A stretch of DNA of 64,000 nucleotides from Candidatus Bathyarchaeota archaeon (GTDB lineage: Archaea; Thermoproteota; Bathyarchaeia; Bathyarchaeales; Bathycorpusculaceae), in NCBI GenBank assembly GCA_963775895.1, contig CAVZKL010000010.1, forward strand, positions 32,001-96,000, given 5' to 3'. The notes below the pieces were generated by a model that was given only the letters and a program-made list of their open reading frames with translations, had not been told where the DNA came from and made no database searches. Position numbers and translations under genes: made by a program. Shown one piece after another: positions 41,196 through 52,299 of this stretch (its first letter is position 1; each line of letters starts with the position of its first letter).

Positions 41196-41563
41196 TTATT
41201 CCTCTTCCTCATTCTTCTTCTGAAATCCTTTGCTGATGTTCTCTTTGATTTGTCTGCCTATTTCGTCTCCTTCGTCATGACTCCATCTGCCTCTCCCAGA
41301 GCTCCTGAGCATTTCGCCGAGGCTGGTAAATGTTCGCATGTATTCTTCCGTCATCTTAACGGCAACTGTTCAGGTAGTCCACCGTCTTTCAGTTCCTTGT
41401 AGTATGCTGCCGCAGCTTTGCCCATGTTTCTTCCAGCCTCTTCAGAGAACACCGAGGAGAGTATGCTTTTTATCATGGCAGGAAGTTCAGAGGAAACGAC
41501 GCTGAGTATTTCTTTGATGTTTTCCGGTTCCATTTTTTCATGTTTGTGTTCATGTTGAGACAT
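41196..41563 (-). CDS. Small helical hypothetical protein (frameshift near 41365)
   Basis: MSQHEHKHEK...GRNMGKAAAAYYKELKDGGLPEQ / AVKMTEEYMRTFTSLGEML; GAGGTGA SD. Confidence 0.7.
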
Positions 41564-41631
41564 TTTCTTCACCTCAGAAACAATATAGGAGTGGTCACAG
41601 TAGTTAGGTGTTCTGTGCAAAAGTGACCAGT

Positions 41632-42075
41632 CTATTGGTCAGTCTTGTTAACTAACTCGTAAGTTGGAGCTTTACCTTCCTTTCTCAGCAGGATACCCTG
41701 TTCCTGCAACTTTTTCACTCTTTCGCGCACTATGCGCCTGCTTGCTTTTCCTCTCATCACAGTTACTTGTCGTGTGATTGCCGAAATGTTCAAGGCTCCT
41801 TTGATGGCTATGGCTTGGATGATGCATCTTGAGATGTCATCTTGCGCAATGGGTTTATGGCGCAGGTATTTTTCGGCGTTCTTTAAACGTGCAGCGATCT
41901 TCAACGGTTCACCGTACATTCCTACACCTAGCCTAGCCAGTTCCAATGCAGGAGCCAACCCTTCATATTCAGGTTTGTCGAGAATCAGTTTTTCAAGAAG
42001 ATCGAGCCTGTAGATTATTTGATCGAGTTTCTTACTCAGTTCTTCTGCAGGGGGAGTGGAGTCTTTTCGGCTCAA
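41632..42075 (-). CDS. Winged-HTH protein with N-terminal coiled coil
   Basis: [24 protein letters not shown]...[21 protein letters not shown]. Confidence 0.78.
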   Translation of the reverse strand: MSRKDSTPPAEELSKKLDQIIYRLDLLEKLILDKPEYEGLAPALELARLGVGMYGEPLKIAARLKNAEKYLRHKPIAQDDISRCIIQAIAIKGALNISAITRQVTVMRGKASRRIVRERVKKLQEQGILLRKEGKAPTYELVNKTDQ

Positions 42076-42229
42076 ATCTTTCTATGCTTTCCTTCAACAG
42101 CATTATCACTAGAGTGACATTTCTGTTTAATGGTTGACTATCCTTGTTCTACTTAGAAACGGAACGACAGTCACACATGACTTAAGGCCAAAATCTGTTC
42201 TCTGCTGAAAAGAAGCAAAGCCAGCTACA

Positions 42230-43537
42230 GCGCGCGCTTGTACATGCCCAGATGCCATACGCTCAAGCTTATTCATCAGAAAGTCTATGCCACAACAGAA
42301 TGTATTTGAGCGACAGTTTGACCTTGCTGATGGTCGAGGTTTCAGGAATGCCTTCGAGTTCCAAAACAAACAGCGAACTTGACTTTGGCAAGGTTCTCAA
42401 CAGTTCGTTGAATGTTTTCTTCAAGGAAGCGTTGCGAGTTGCCTTGACCCATCCTCGTCAGGCAGGGTTCTTCGTGCAGACGTTGAGATGGCAGAGAAAG
42501 GCAGCAAAGACACGACTGAATTGGGATAAGAAGGGAGTTCACGTTCCACCCATCATCGTACTGAGCGTGACAAGCAAATGTAACCTTCACTGCCAAGGCT
42601 GCTACCACCAAGCGTTGCGCAGCGCCTCCGAACCAGAAATGAGCGATGAAAGACTCGACGGATTAATCGCCGAAGCCAAAGAACTAGGTGTCTCTTTCAT
42701 GGTAATCGGGGGAGGAGAACCGTTAACTCGTCCAATAATTCTGGATCTTGCAGAGAAGCATCCAGCGATCATGTTTCTAGTGTTTACGAACGGTCTTTTG
42801 ATCGATGAAGCTGTGATCAAGAAAATGTCCAAGAACAGGAATATTGTTCCTTTAGTCAGTTTGGAAGGCTACGAAAACGACACGGACAAACGACGCGGAG
42901 CCGGCGTCTATAAGCAAGCATTGAACGCGATTGCCAAATTGAAAGAGAAGAATATCTTTTGGGGCAGTTCCTTGACTTTGACCCGAACCAACTTTGCAGA
43001 CGTAACCGACGAGAACTTCATCAAAAGGTTAGTCGAGACCGGCTGCAAACTTTTCATGCTTGTCGAATACACTCCAGTCAAGAAAGGAACTGAGGACTGG
43101 GTACTCACATCTGAACAAAGAACGGAATTGTTAAGGAAAAGAGACTTGTTCCGAAAGAAGTACCCCGCCGTGTTCATCGCACTGCCTTGGGATGAAGAAG
43201 AGATAGGCGGATGCTTATCATCGGGAAGAGGATTCATCCACATCAGTGCAGAGGGAAACGTGGAACCGTGCCCCTTCATTCCTTACTCGGACACAAATCT
43301 AAAGCACCTCTCACTTAAAGACGCGCTGCAGTCGAAGATGTTGAAAACAATACGGGAAAACCATGGGCAGCTTGAGGAAACACACGGATGCGCCTTATGG
43401 GAAAAGAGAGAATGGGTGAAATCACTGACCAAAGAAACAAGAGACAACGTGAGCGGCAGACAGGATTCGTAGATCCAATAAATGACTTGGGCGTTAGCGC
43501 ACGCTGGAAGGTTGACCTCGCTTCACTTTGCGCGCGC
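42230..43537. repeat. GCGCGCGC pair (42230-42237, 43530-43537) bracketing the radical SAM gene
   Basis: Read directly; both continue GCGCGCGCTT. Confidence 0.85.
42348..43472 (+). CDS. Radical SAM protein with SPASM/twitch-like C-terminus
   Basis: CNLHCQGC, GGGEP, FTNG, GGCLSSGRGF.HI...VEPCPF. Confidence 0.9.
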   Translation: MPSSSKTNSELDFGKVLNSSLNVFFKEALRVALTHPRQAGFFVQTLRWQRKAAKTRLNWDKKGVHVPPIIVLSVTSKCNLHCQGCYHQALRSASEPEMSDERLDGLIAEAKELGVSFMVIGGGEPLTRPIILDLAEKHPAIMFLVFTNGLLIDEAVIKKMSKNRNIVPLVSLEGYENDTDKRRGAGVYKQALNAIAKLKEKNIFWGSSLTLTRTNFADVTDENFIKRLVETGCKLFMLVEYTPVKKGTEDWVLTSEQRTELLRKRDLFRKKYPAVFIALPWDEEEIGGCLSSGRGFIHISAEGNVEPCPFIPYSDTNLKHLSLKDALQSKMLKTIRENHGQLEETHGCALWEKREWVKSLTKETRDNVSGRQDS

Positions 43538-43546
43538 TTTTCCGTT

Positions 43547-44625
43547 TCATTTTTTCTGAAATTGCTGTTTCATCGCTGATTCTACAGTCATGTTTAGCAC
43601 AATTTCCGCGATATCACTCGCATACTCGGCTGTTCTTCTGATACTCTCTATTATCAATCGTATATTTGCGGCTTCATCGGCACCAATGTGCTGAGTAGCA
43701 GCGACCGCTTCCTTTTCAATTAACATAACTTCTCTGGTCTTTTCAATCACACTTTCAGCGAGGTCAAAGTCACATTGGAAAAGAGATTCGATTGCTTTTT
43801 CAAACATTGAAATTGATATCGAACTCATTTCAACAATTTTCTGCAAGATCTTCTCTATCGAGGTTTTTCTTCAACAGTAACACGTTTTCGGCTATGCTGG
43901 CGGCGTGGTCAGCCGTTCTTTCAACGGATTTTGTTACTAGTCGGTACCCGAGGCAGTCTCTCGCTGTGGTCAAACCTATGTCTTTAATGATTCTTGGGTC
44001 CTGTATCGCCATTTTGAGTTGGCGGACAATGTACAAATTGAATCTGTCGACTTCATTGTCCGTGGCGATGACATCTTTAGCGAGGATATGGTCAAGATTT
44101 TGTAATCCTGTTATCGCATCCTTATGCATTGACGCCGTTATTATGGACATTCTTCGCAAAGCACTTTGAACCGATAGTTCAGGATAGCTTAGCAGGACTT
44201 GCAGCGTCAGTTCCGTTGGCGTGTCTATCACTATTTCCGTTCCCACGAGCAGGTCGCGGGCGAAAGATTTCAATGCGATGCGTTGTCTCGGAGAGAGCTG
44301 TTGCCCATCCTTGGCTTTGATGTGCATTATGTTGTAGCCAACCAAGTACGTAGAAACCGTTTTGCGTATCAAGGGGTCGGGCAGATCTTTTGGGGAGACT
44401 AGCGATGTGTGCTTCTTGCGGTTTCTCCTGCTTTGCCAAGTCTGGAGGCATCACCGACAAGGATCCATCATCTTCGGTGCGAACAATAAGCGTATTGTTT
44501 TTCTTCAGTTGGTTGAGGGCTATCCACTTCTTGGGTAGCGAGATTATGTAAGTTGAGCCGCCCGTGAGTTGGAGCTTTCTAAGCTCCTCGGTTCGCTTGA
44601 TTGATGTTGCGGTCAAAATGTGCAC
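43547..44625 (-). CDS. Archaeal phosphate uptake regulator (AbrB N-terminus plus PhoU domains; two frameshifts)
   Basis: RKLQLTGGSTYIISLPKKW; DNEVDRF; ERTADHAASIAE; RRTAEYASDIAE. Confidence 0.88.
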
Positions 44626-44667
44626 CTTCCACTAGTTTAGACAGTACTCTATTGTAAGTACTTTATC

Positions 44668-44704
44668 TATATAGTTTATGGTGATTATGTGGAGAAACTA
44701 TATA
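44668..44704. promoter_or_regulatory. 10-bp inverted repeat TATATAGTTT-N17-AAACTATATA between the divergent regulator and pstS
   Basis: Read directly. Could be back-to-back TATA/BRE elements or an operator. Confidence 0.45.
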
Positions 44705-44755
44705 TGAATTAAAGTCTTCTTGGAGGCAAGAACAATCAAATAGATGTAAAGGAAG

Positions 44756-45864
44756 GTGAAAAAACGAATTACAAAATACTAGTTCCAATAGTTGCAATTG
44801 CTATCATCGTAATAGGCGCATTCAGCTATCTGTCCCTGTCATCTCCAGCCCAAACGGTAACGCTAAACGGCTCAGGCGCCACATTTCCGTACCCGCTACT
44901 GGACGCTATGATTAAACAATACCAAACAGAAAAAACAAACGTTCAGATCAACTATCAACCGATTGGCAGCGGAGGAGGTATCTCCGCTCTTGAGGGCAAG
45001 ACAGTCGACTTCGCTGCCTCAGACGCACCACTGGGGGCAGCTGACATGGCGAAAGCCCCAGGCTCACTCCATATCCCGGAAACAATCGGTGCCGTCACGG
45101 TAGCGTACAATCTGCCCGGTTTTCCTAATGGTCTTCATCTGACTGGTAAAGTTGTGGCCGACATCTTCGCTGGCAACGTGACCACGTGGAACGATCCCGA
45201 GATCCAAAGCCTTAATTCAAACTTGACGTTGCCTGCCAAAAGCATTCTTATCGTTCATCGGTCTGATGGTTCCGGAACAACTTTCATCTTCACCGGCTAC
45301 TTGAACGCGTCAAACAGCGCTGCTTGGCAATCGGCAAAAATCGGACAAGGGAAGACGGTCGCTTGGCCAGTGGGAATCGGCGCCAACGGTAATACTGGAG
45401 TGGCTAGTGTTGTCCAAGGAACGCAATACACGATTGGCTATGTCGAGTTGGCTTACGCGCTACAGAATAACATGACAGTGGCAGCGATTCAGAACCCAGC
45501 AGCTAACTGGGTTGTGCCTTCACTCAATACTATAGAGCTGGCAGTGCAATCAGGGGCTTCAAGCGGTCTACCGGCAGGCAATCAGAGTTGGTCAAACGTG
45601 AACCTTCTCAATGCTCCCGACCCGCAGGCATACCCGATCGTAAGCTTCACTTATCTCCTCGTATACCAGCAACTTGACACAATTTCAGGAATGACTCAGA
45701 CTAAGGCAACAACCCTTGTGCAATTCCTTTGGTGGGTAGTACACGATGGTCAGCAGAACGCAACCAGTCTGGCATATGTGCCGCTTCCGGCGAACGTAGT
45801 GCAAATAGATGAAGCCTCTATTCAATCGATAACTTTCAATGGACAACATCTACCAACAAGTTAA
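44756..45864 (+). CDS. pstS: Phosphate ABC transporter substrate-binding protein (A-run indel just after the GTG start)
   Basis: N-terminal TM anchor, LNGSGATFPYP, GSGGG, DFAASD, RSDGSGTT, AYPIVSFTY. Confidence 0.93.
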
Positions 45865-45939
45865 GCAATGGTGTCAGAAATTGTCGAGAAGACAACCCAA
45901 GATCTCTTTTTCTTAATTTGATCTCAGTAAGGGCGAGGA

Positions 45940-46893
45940 ATGATTAATCTGGATATAAGATGGTCGAAAGACAGTCTGTTCAAAGTGTTAGCTGCTGTTC
46001 TCGCAGCTTCAGCTGCCGTAATTCTCCTAGTCACCGGATACACCCTTTTTACCGGATCACTGCCCGTTCTGCAACGGTCTGGGCTCTATTTTTTCATTGG
46101 GACACAATGGAACCCGGTCGTCGGCGAGATTTACGGTGCTCTTCCATACCTTCTTGGAACGCTTGTCACTGCGGGTATCGCGCTTGTTATTGGGGTGCCC
46201 TTGAGCCTTGGAATTGCGATCTTTCTCGTGGAGATGTGTCCAAGGACGCTAAGAGTGCCGATTTCTTACCTCGTGGATTTGCTCGCGGCAGTTCCCAGCG
46301 TTATATACGGACTTTGGGGTCTCTTCGTGTTCCGCTTTTGGATGCTTAATTACGTCGAAACCCCCCTGTCCACTTATCTAGGATGGTTTCCTGCGTTCAG
46401 CGGAACGCCTTTCGGCGGACTCAACGTGCTCACAGCCGGAATAATCTTGGCGATCATGATTATACCCACGGTTTCGTCGGTCTCAAGGGAAGTCATTAAA
46501 GCGGTTCCCACCTCAATAAGGGAGGGAGCCTACAGCATCGGCGCAACAAAGTGGGAAGTCATCAGAAACTGGGTGCTGAGCTACGGCCGTTCCGGACTGT
46601 TTGGAGCAGTCATCCTGGGTCTAGGAAGAGCAGTCGGCGAGACGATGGCGGTGACAATGGTCATCGGAAACACCATCGGTCCAGCTGCAATCCCCACTTC
46701 TCTTCTCAAAGCGAGCCAGACGATGTCATCTCTAATAGCCAACGACTTCTTGGAGACGACGCCGGCATCCCTCGAGCGAGCAGCGTACATAGGCGTCGGA
46801 TTGGTTCTGCTCTTATTGAGTCTTGTTATAAACGTGCTCGCCCAGGTCATGGTGACTCGCGTTCTCAAGGTTAAGGGAGGCGCCGTAGAGTAG
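45940..46893 (+). CDS. pstC: Phosphate ABC transporter permease
   Basis: LLAAVPSVIYGLWG, GLGRAVGETMAV. Confidence 0.93.
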   Translation: MINLDIRWSKDSLFKVLAAVLAASAAVILLVTGYTLFTGSLPVLQRSGLYFFIGTQWNPVVGEIYGALPYLLGTLVTAGIALVIGVPLSLGIAIFLVEMCPRTLRVPISYLVDLLAAVPSVIYGLWGLFVFRFWMLNYVETPLSTYLGWFPAFSGTPFGGLNVLTAGIILAIMIIPTVSSVSREVIKAVPTSIREGAYSIGATKWEVIRNWVLSYGRSGLFGAVILGLGRAVGETMAVTMVIGNTIGPAAIPTSLLKASQTMSSLIANDFLETTPASLERAAYIGVGLVLLLLSLVINVLAQVMVTRVLKVKGGAVE

Positions 46894-47709
46894 ATGAATA
46901 GTTACGTCTACAGGAAGTTCAAGGATAAGCTCTTCTTCGTTCTCTGTCTAGTGTGCGTCATCATCGGCGTTCTTCCTCTGGCAAGCATTCTCATCGAAGT
47001 CATCGTGAGAGGGGCCCCACAGCTTAGTATTCAGTTCATTACCCAAAACGAGTTTGGAGGTGGCATTGGACCTGCGATACAGGGCACCTTGATTTTGATC
47101 GGACTAACTGGCCTCATTGGCATACCCGTCGGAGTTATGTCTGGAATCTACTTGGCCGAATACGGCAACAACAAATATGCTGCATCTATGAGAACGGTGA
47201 ATGATGTACTCACGGAGTTTCCTTCCATAGTAGTGGGGATCACGGTCTCTATCGTTGTTCTCGGTCGCTATTCACCCCTTTTCGGCGCTATTGCACTTTC
47301 TTTCATCTTGATCCCAATAGTTGCGAGAACCACGGAAGAGTCACTGAAGCTTGTGCCGAACTCTATTCGTGAAGCATCACTTGCGCTAGGAGTGCCCAGA
47401 TGGAGAACCATAGTCAGCGTCGTCCTTCCAGATGCAAGAGCAGGTTTAGTGACAGGTACTCTTCTCGCCGTAGCCAGGATCGCGGGGGAAACTGCACCTT
47501 TGATTATGACGATTCTTGGCAATTCGTATTTCTTCCAAGGCTTCAGTCAACCTATGGATGCTCTTCCATTGAGGATTTTCAGAAATGCACTCCAACCAGA
47601 CCCGAAAATCCAAGCGCAAGGCTGGGGAGCAGCTTTGATCCTACTTCTCATAGTCTTGGGGCTTAACATCAGTGTTAGAGTGGCCAGCAGGAGTCGACTC
47701 GGCAGGTGA
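46894..47709 (+). CDS. pstA: Phosphate ABC transporter permease
   Basis: GIYLAEY, REASLALG, ARIAGETAPL. Confidence 0.93.
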   Translation: MNSYVYRKFKDKLFFVLCLVCVIIGVLPLASILIEVIVRGAPQLSIQFITQNEFGGGIGPAIQGTLILIGLTGLIGIPVGVMSGIYLAEYGNNKYAASMRTVNDVLTEFPSIVVGITVSIVVLGRYSPLFGAIALSFILIPIVARTTEESLKLVPNSIREASLALGVPRWRTIVSVVLPDARAGLVTGTLLAVARIAGETAPLIMTILGNSYFFQGFSQPMDALPLRIFRNALQPDPKIQAQGWGAALILLLIVLGLNISVRVASRSRLGR

Positions 47710-47726
47710 GACGACAGAAATGAAAA

Positions 47727-48533
47727 ATGATGCTAGGTGTTGATGGGGCTCCCAGCGGGCAAGACTCACTTCAAGCGAGCGAGAAGATGAAAAGCATAGC
47801 ACTAAGTGCGTCGTTCGGCGCTAAACAGGCCTTGAAGGACATAAATCTCTCCATTAGAACAAATTCCGTCACTGCCATCATCGGCCCATCAGGATGTGGA
47901 AAGTCAACGTTCGTACGGTGTCTCAACAGAATGCACGAGTTGGTTCCTGGCTCTAGCATGTCGGGACAAGTGCTTCTTGACGGAGAAGACATCTACGCTA
48001 GCGAAATCGACGCGGTTCAAATCCGTAGAAGAGTTGGGATGGTGTTCCAGAAACCCAATCCATTTCCCACTATGTCAATATACGACAACGTCGCAGCAGG
48101 GCTGAGGCTGGCCGGACTGAAGAAGGGAAGGAATCTGGACGATACCGTGAAACAGAGCCTCGAACAGGTTACCCTGTGGGATGAGGTGAAGGATGACTTG
48201 AAGAAGCCTGGGACAAGCATCTCGGGAGGGCAGCAACAACGATTGTGCATTGCTCGCGCGATTGCGTTGCAGCCCGAAGTCATACTGATGGACGAACCGT
48301 GTTCAGCCCTTGACCCAATCGCGACCGCGAAGATCGAAGAATTGATAGTAGCACTGAAGCACGACTATACGGTTGTGATCGTAACGCATAACATGCAGCA
48401 GGCCGCAAGAGTTTCAGATGTTACAGCTTTTCTTTATCTTGGTGAACTCATAGAATATGGACCCACCGTAGAGATATTTGAGAACCCAAGAAGTGAGATC
48501 ACGGAGAAATACATTACCGGCAAATTTGGTTAG
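47727..48533 (+). CDS. pstB: Phosphate ABC transporter ATPase
   Basis: [35 protein letters not shown]. Confidence 0.95.
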   Translation: MMLGVDGAPSGQDSLQASEKMKSIALSASFGAKQALKDINLSIRTNSVTAIIGPSGCGKSTFVRCLNRMHELVPGSSMSGQVLLDGEDIYASEIDAVQIRRRVGMVFQKPNPFPTMSIYDNVAAGLRLAGLKKGRNLDDTVKQSLEQVTLWDEVKDDLKKPGTSISGGQQQRLCIARAIALQPEVILMDEPCSALDPIATAKIEELIVALKHDYTVVIVTHNMQQAARVSDVTAFLYLGELIEYGPTVEIFENPRSEITEKYITGKFG

Positions 48534-48543
48534 GTGAAGAAGA

Positions 48544-49183
48544 ATGACCAGACTACTTGATACAGGCTTAGAGGAGTTGGCGACGATTCTTCTGAGAATG
48601 GGCGAAGCAGCAGAGGAGAGCGTAAGAGTGTCAATAAGAGGTTTCATGAACGGCGGAGACCTTAGTGACGAGGTCAAAGAGCTTTCAGAGATGCTTGATA
48701 CCATGAGCGTCACCGTTGAAGAAAAAGGCCTTCGAGCTGATAGTGAAATATCAACCAGTCGCATCCGATCTCAGAATAATAAACTCTTACATTAAAATCG
48801 CTTACGACTTTCAGCGGTATGGCCGATACGCTTGGGACATATCCCTCACTCAGCAAAGATTTGTCGACTCTGAGCAGAGCGCTTATTCCAGAGATCTCAT
48901 GGAAAAGTTGGCGGAAAAAGCCATGTACATGGTCCGAACGAGCGTAGAAGCCCTGAGAGACAATGATGGAGATTTGGCGAAATCTCTAGGAGAGACAGAA
49001 AATGAGGTGGACAGCATGTATTCGGAGTATTTGACCAAATTGTCAAGAGCCCGTTTGAGTACGAGATGCTTGATCAGCAGTCTTCTTGTGGTCAGATACT
49101 TGGAAAGGATTGCTGACCACGCGACTTACATTGCCGAATCGATTTACTACATTGCAACTGGCAAGAAGATTATTCTCAGGTGA
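48544..49183 (+). CDS. phoU: Phosphate transport accessory protein PhoU (frameshift in A-run near 48725)
   Basis: YQPVASDLR, ENEVDS, LERIADHATYIAE. Confidence 0.9.
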
Positions 49184-49255
49184 AATTCGTGAGTCACATA
49201 AATTTAAGAAAGGTTATAAGCATACGACAAAAAAGTGTTAAGGGAGATGTAAATT

Positions 49256-49924
49256 TTGGAAAAGAGAAGTTATGCTTGGTTTGAGAAGCGCCGAAGAACA
49301 AAAGCCCTAGACCTAGCTCAGGAGCAGATAACGAAAGCCTTGGACACATTGACTCTGCTTCATCAGGCGGCTCAGAGTATCTCGCAGGGAAAGACGAAAG
49401 AGGCGATGACACGAATCCAAAACTTGTTCACGACTGAAGAAGAGGTAGACAGACTCAGAACGGAAGTCTTCAAAGAATTATCAAAGGGTGCAGCCCTGTT
49501 TGCTGACTACCGTGAAGACCTGTTACACCTTGTAAAAAGACTCGACACTCTCGCCGACGACGTGAAGGATGCGGCAAGATGTTTCGAGATGCTCTCGGAA
49601 GCTGAATTACCAGAAGAACTCTGTCAAAGCACGGTGCACATGACCGCAGCCTTGGTGGACTGCGGCTATGCTTTACGCGTGAGCATTGAGAAACTCACAG
49701 TAGCTCCAGCAGAAGCGATTGAGGGTTCAAAGAAAGTCGAAGAGATTGAGCATGGAATTGACGAAGAGTACCTGAGAACGAAAAAGTTGTTCGTCAAGTA
49801 CGGCGCTAAAATGAACGCAGGCGCTTTGGTCATCTACGACGATCTGATCGAGTTCATTGAACAGGCCGCTGACATGTGCGCTGATACCGCAGACTACATC
49901 GTGATACTTTCCAGCCGGGACTAG
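49256..49924 (+). CDS. DUF47 / PhoU-divergent phosphate transport regulator
   Basis: EEEVDRLR, REDLLHLVKRLDTLAD, IEQAADMCADTAD. Confidence 0.85.
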   Translation: MEKRSYAWFEKRRRTKALDLAQEQITKALDTLTLLHQAAQSISQGKTKEAMTRIQNLFTTEEEVDRLRTEVFKELSKGAALFADYREDLLHLVKRLDTLADDVKDAARCFEMLSEAELPEELCQSTVHMTAALVDCGYALRVSIEKLTVAPAEAIEGSKKVEEIEHGIDEEYLRTKKLFVKYGAKMNAGALVIYDDLIEFIEQAADMCADTADYIVILSSRD

Positions 49925-50072
49925 ACTACGATCGTAAACGAACGCCACGAGAGAAGCGATGCTAACGAAATCTAACATTCTGCGACTGGCTCTTTGACAC
50001 GCTGAACAAGGACGCTAACAGCTCTGCATGTAGCATAGATAAAAAAGCGGTTTTTCACTGTTTTATGGTGAA

Positions 50073-50828
50073 GTGCATTCTGTGCCAAAGCTGATTGTCG
50101 GAAACAAGACTATTGAATGCAGCCTCATTATTTTCGACAAGGATGGCACCCTTGTCGATTATCGGACCGTAGATCTGGCGTTAGCAAAGGCTCGAAGAAA
50201 GAGCATAGAAATGGTTGTGGGCAAAGATGTTGCTGACCTCTGGGAAAGGGCCGTCGGCATAGACACGAAATCTGGGAAGATGGATTATCACGGGCCTCTG
50301 GCAACATTGCCTAGCAGAGATGAGGTATTGGTTACCGCAACTGCGTTCTACTTGAAGGGGCACTCTTGGGAAGACGCGAAAAATCTTGCTGAGAGAGCTT
50401 ACGCTGAAGCCGATAAGTCTATGGAGCCGCCCTACGGTGCAGTGCTCTTGAAAGGTGTGGAAAAGACGTTGAAGAAACTCAAGGAACATGGACTTAAGTT
50501 GGCGATAGCTTCAACTGATGCACGCAGTCGCACGGTGACATCTTTCAAGATTTTGAAGGTCGATCGGTTGTTTGATGTTTTTGTTGGACCTGAGGATGTT
50601 GCTAATGGCAAGCCTGCCCCTGACATGATATTGGAAATTCTCAAGCGAACGGATTGCAGTGCTCAGAATGCTGTTATGGTCGGTGATTCCCTGCAGGATA
50701 TTAAGATGGGGAGAAACGCGGAGGTCCGAGCCTGCATAGGCGTGCTGACTGGAATAACCGCGCGAGCAGATCTTGAAAGATTAGCGGACGTCGTGATTGA
50801 TTCAGTAGCACGGATTGACGTCTCTTAA
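50073..50828 (+). CDS. HAD-family hydrolase (phosphoglycolate phosphatase-like)
   Basis: FDKDGTL, KPAPD, VGDSLQD. Confidence 0.88.
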   Translation: MHSVPKLIVGNKTIECSLIIFDKDGTLVDYRTVDLALAKARRKSIEMVVGKDVADLWERAVGIDTKSGKMDYHGPLATLPSRDEVLVTATAFYLKGHSWEDAKNLAERAYAEADKSMEPPYGAVLLKGVEKTLKKLKEHGLKLAIASTDARSRTVTSFKILKVDRLFDVFVGPEDVANGKPAPDMILEILKRTDCSAQNAVMVGDSLQDIKMGRNAEVRACIGVLTGITARADLERLADVVIDSVARIDVS

Positions 50829-50923
50829 AACAGAAGACGATTGCTGCGCCGCGTCTTTCTGATTGAATGGTACCAGATTGAAGGAGAACGCCTTTAATAA
50901 ATGGCGCAAGTCTATCATGGTTC

Positions 50924-51604
50924 ATGCGACTTGGCGTGCTCTTTTCAGGAGGCAAAGACTCGTGTTTAGCGTTGTACAAGTCGCTTCGTTTTCACGACAT
51001 AGTCTGTTTGATCAGCCTAGTATCTCAAAATAAGGAGAGTTACATGTTTCATGTTCCCAATATCGAGATTACTAAGCAGCAAGCCGAAGCAATAGGATTA
51101 CCACTGATTCAGAGAAAAACGAAAGGAGAAAAAGAGAAGGAACTGGTTGATCTTGAAAAGGCCATCAGCGAGGCCAAAGCTACTTATGGGTTAGAGGGGA
51201 TAGTTTCTGGCGCGGTTAGGTCGATTTATCAAACGACACGGATTCAGAGGATTTGCAGAAAGCTTCAACTGTGGTGTTTCAATCCTTTATGGTTAAAAGA
51301 TGAGATTGAACTCTTGAATGAAATCGTTGAAAACGGTTTTGAAGTCATCATATCCGGTGTTTTTGCCTATCCTTTAGACAAGGAATTCTTGGGGAGCAAA
51401 CTGAACAGAGCTATGATTCAAAGGCTCAAAAAACTAAAGCAAGAATACGGCATCAACCCCGCAGGCGAAGGAGGAGAGTTAGAGACCACGGTCACGGATG
51501 CTCCATTCTTCAAGAAAAAACTGGAAATAATCGATTATGATGTTTCGTACAAGGATTATGTGGGGACGTTCAAAATAGAAGAGCTAAGGCTAGTGGAAAA
51601 ATGA
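50924..51604 (+). CDS. Diphthine--ammonia ligase (Dph6/TIGR00289 family)
   Basis: SGGKDS, SYMFH, NPLW, GEGGELET. Confidence 0.88.
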   Translation: MRLGVLFSGGKDSCLALYKSLRFHDIVCLISLVSQNKESYMFHVPNIEITKQQAEAIGLPLIQRKTKGEKEKELVDLEKAISEAKATYGLEGIVSGAVRSIYQTTRIQRICRKLQLWCFNPLWLKDEIELLNEIVENGFEVIISGVFAYPLDKEFLGSKLNRAMIQRLKKLKQEYGINPAGEGGELETTVTDAPFFKKKLEIIDYDVSYKDYVGTFKIEELRLVEK

Positions 51605-52159
51605 TACTGATAATCAGCGTATGCTCGGACAGGCTTAGCTATTCTGAGTTCGTTAAGCCTGTTGAGGATATACTGAAAAAGGGCCAATGTCAAATTCCTC
51701 ACGAAACATTACACGGAACTGAACCGCAATGACCTTGAAAAGGCAGAGAAGGCAATCATATGTGGAACGGCACTGAAGGATTTCAGGTATCTAGAAAACA
51801 TTGATCAGTTTAATTGGCTGAAAGAATTCCTCAAGCCAATTCTGGGTATTTGTGCTGGGATGCAGCTTATTGCCGCTGTTTTCGGCAGCACTTTGGTTGA
51901 GAGCAAGAGAATCGGTCAATACAGGGTCAAAACCGTTGGAAAGAGTGGGCTAACCTCAAGGGTGGAGTTCCAATCTTATTTCTTGAATTCAAAAGCAGCA
52001 GAAGTAAATGATGCGTTTGACGTACTCAGCCAGGTCGGCAGCCTGCCTTGCATGATCAAGCACAAAGACAGAGAATACTATGGCTGTCTGTTCCATCCAG
52101 AAGTTCTGAATACAGAGATAATCGAGAACTTTGGAAGGTTGCAGTGCGCGTCAAATTGA
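51601..52159 (+). CDS. Class I glutamine amidotransferase domain protein (frameshift near 51680)
   Basis: Own translation upstream of ORF 51860: ICGTALKD, PILGICAGMQ; C-terminal FHPE. Confidence 0.8.
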
Positions 52160-52299
52160 GCGACTTAATGATGGAACAATAGAGTGTTAGCACGAGCGGA
52201 TGCTGGGATCATGATGTTGAAAAACTTTTTTGCGGGACAAATCTGCAAACAATTCTGGGAAAAGGCTTGTCTCCTTTACGACCTAGACGCGCACGCGCT

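Noticed and set aside
2740-51700. Frameshifts in carB, the aldehyde dehydrogenase, RPA, suhB, hdrA, pstS, phoU and others as programmed frameshifting or mass pseudogenisation
   Set aside because: They hit essential genes, often at homopolymers, and I saw no accompanying in-frame nonsense decay. Long-read indel error is the simplest explanation.
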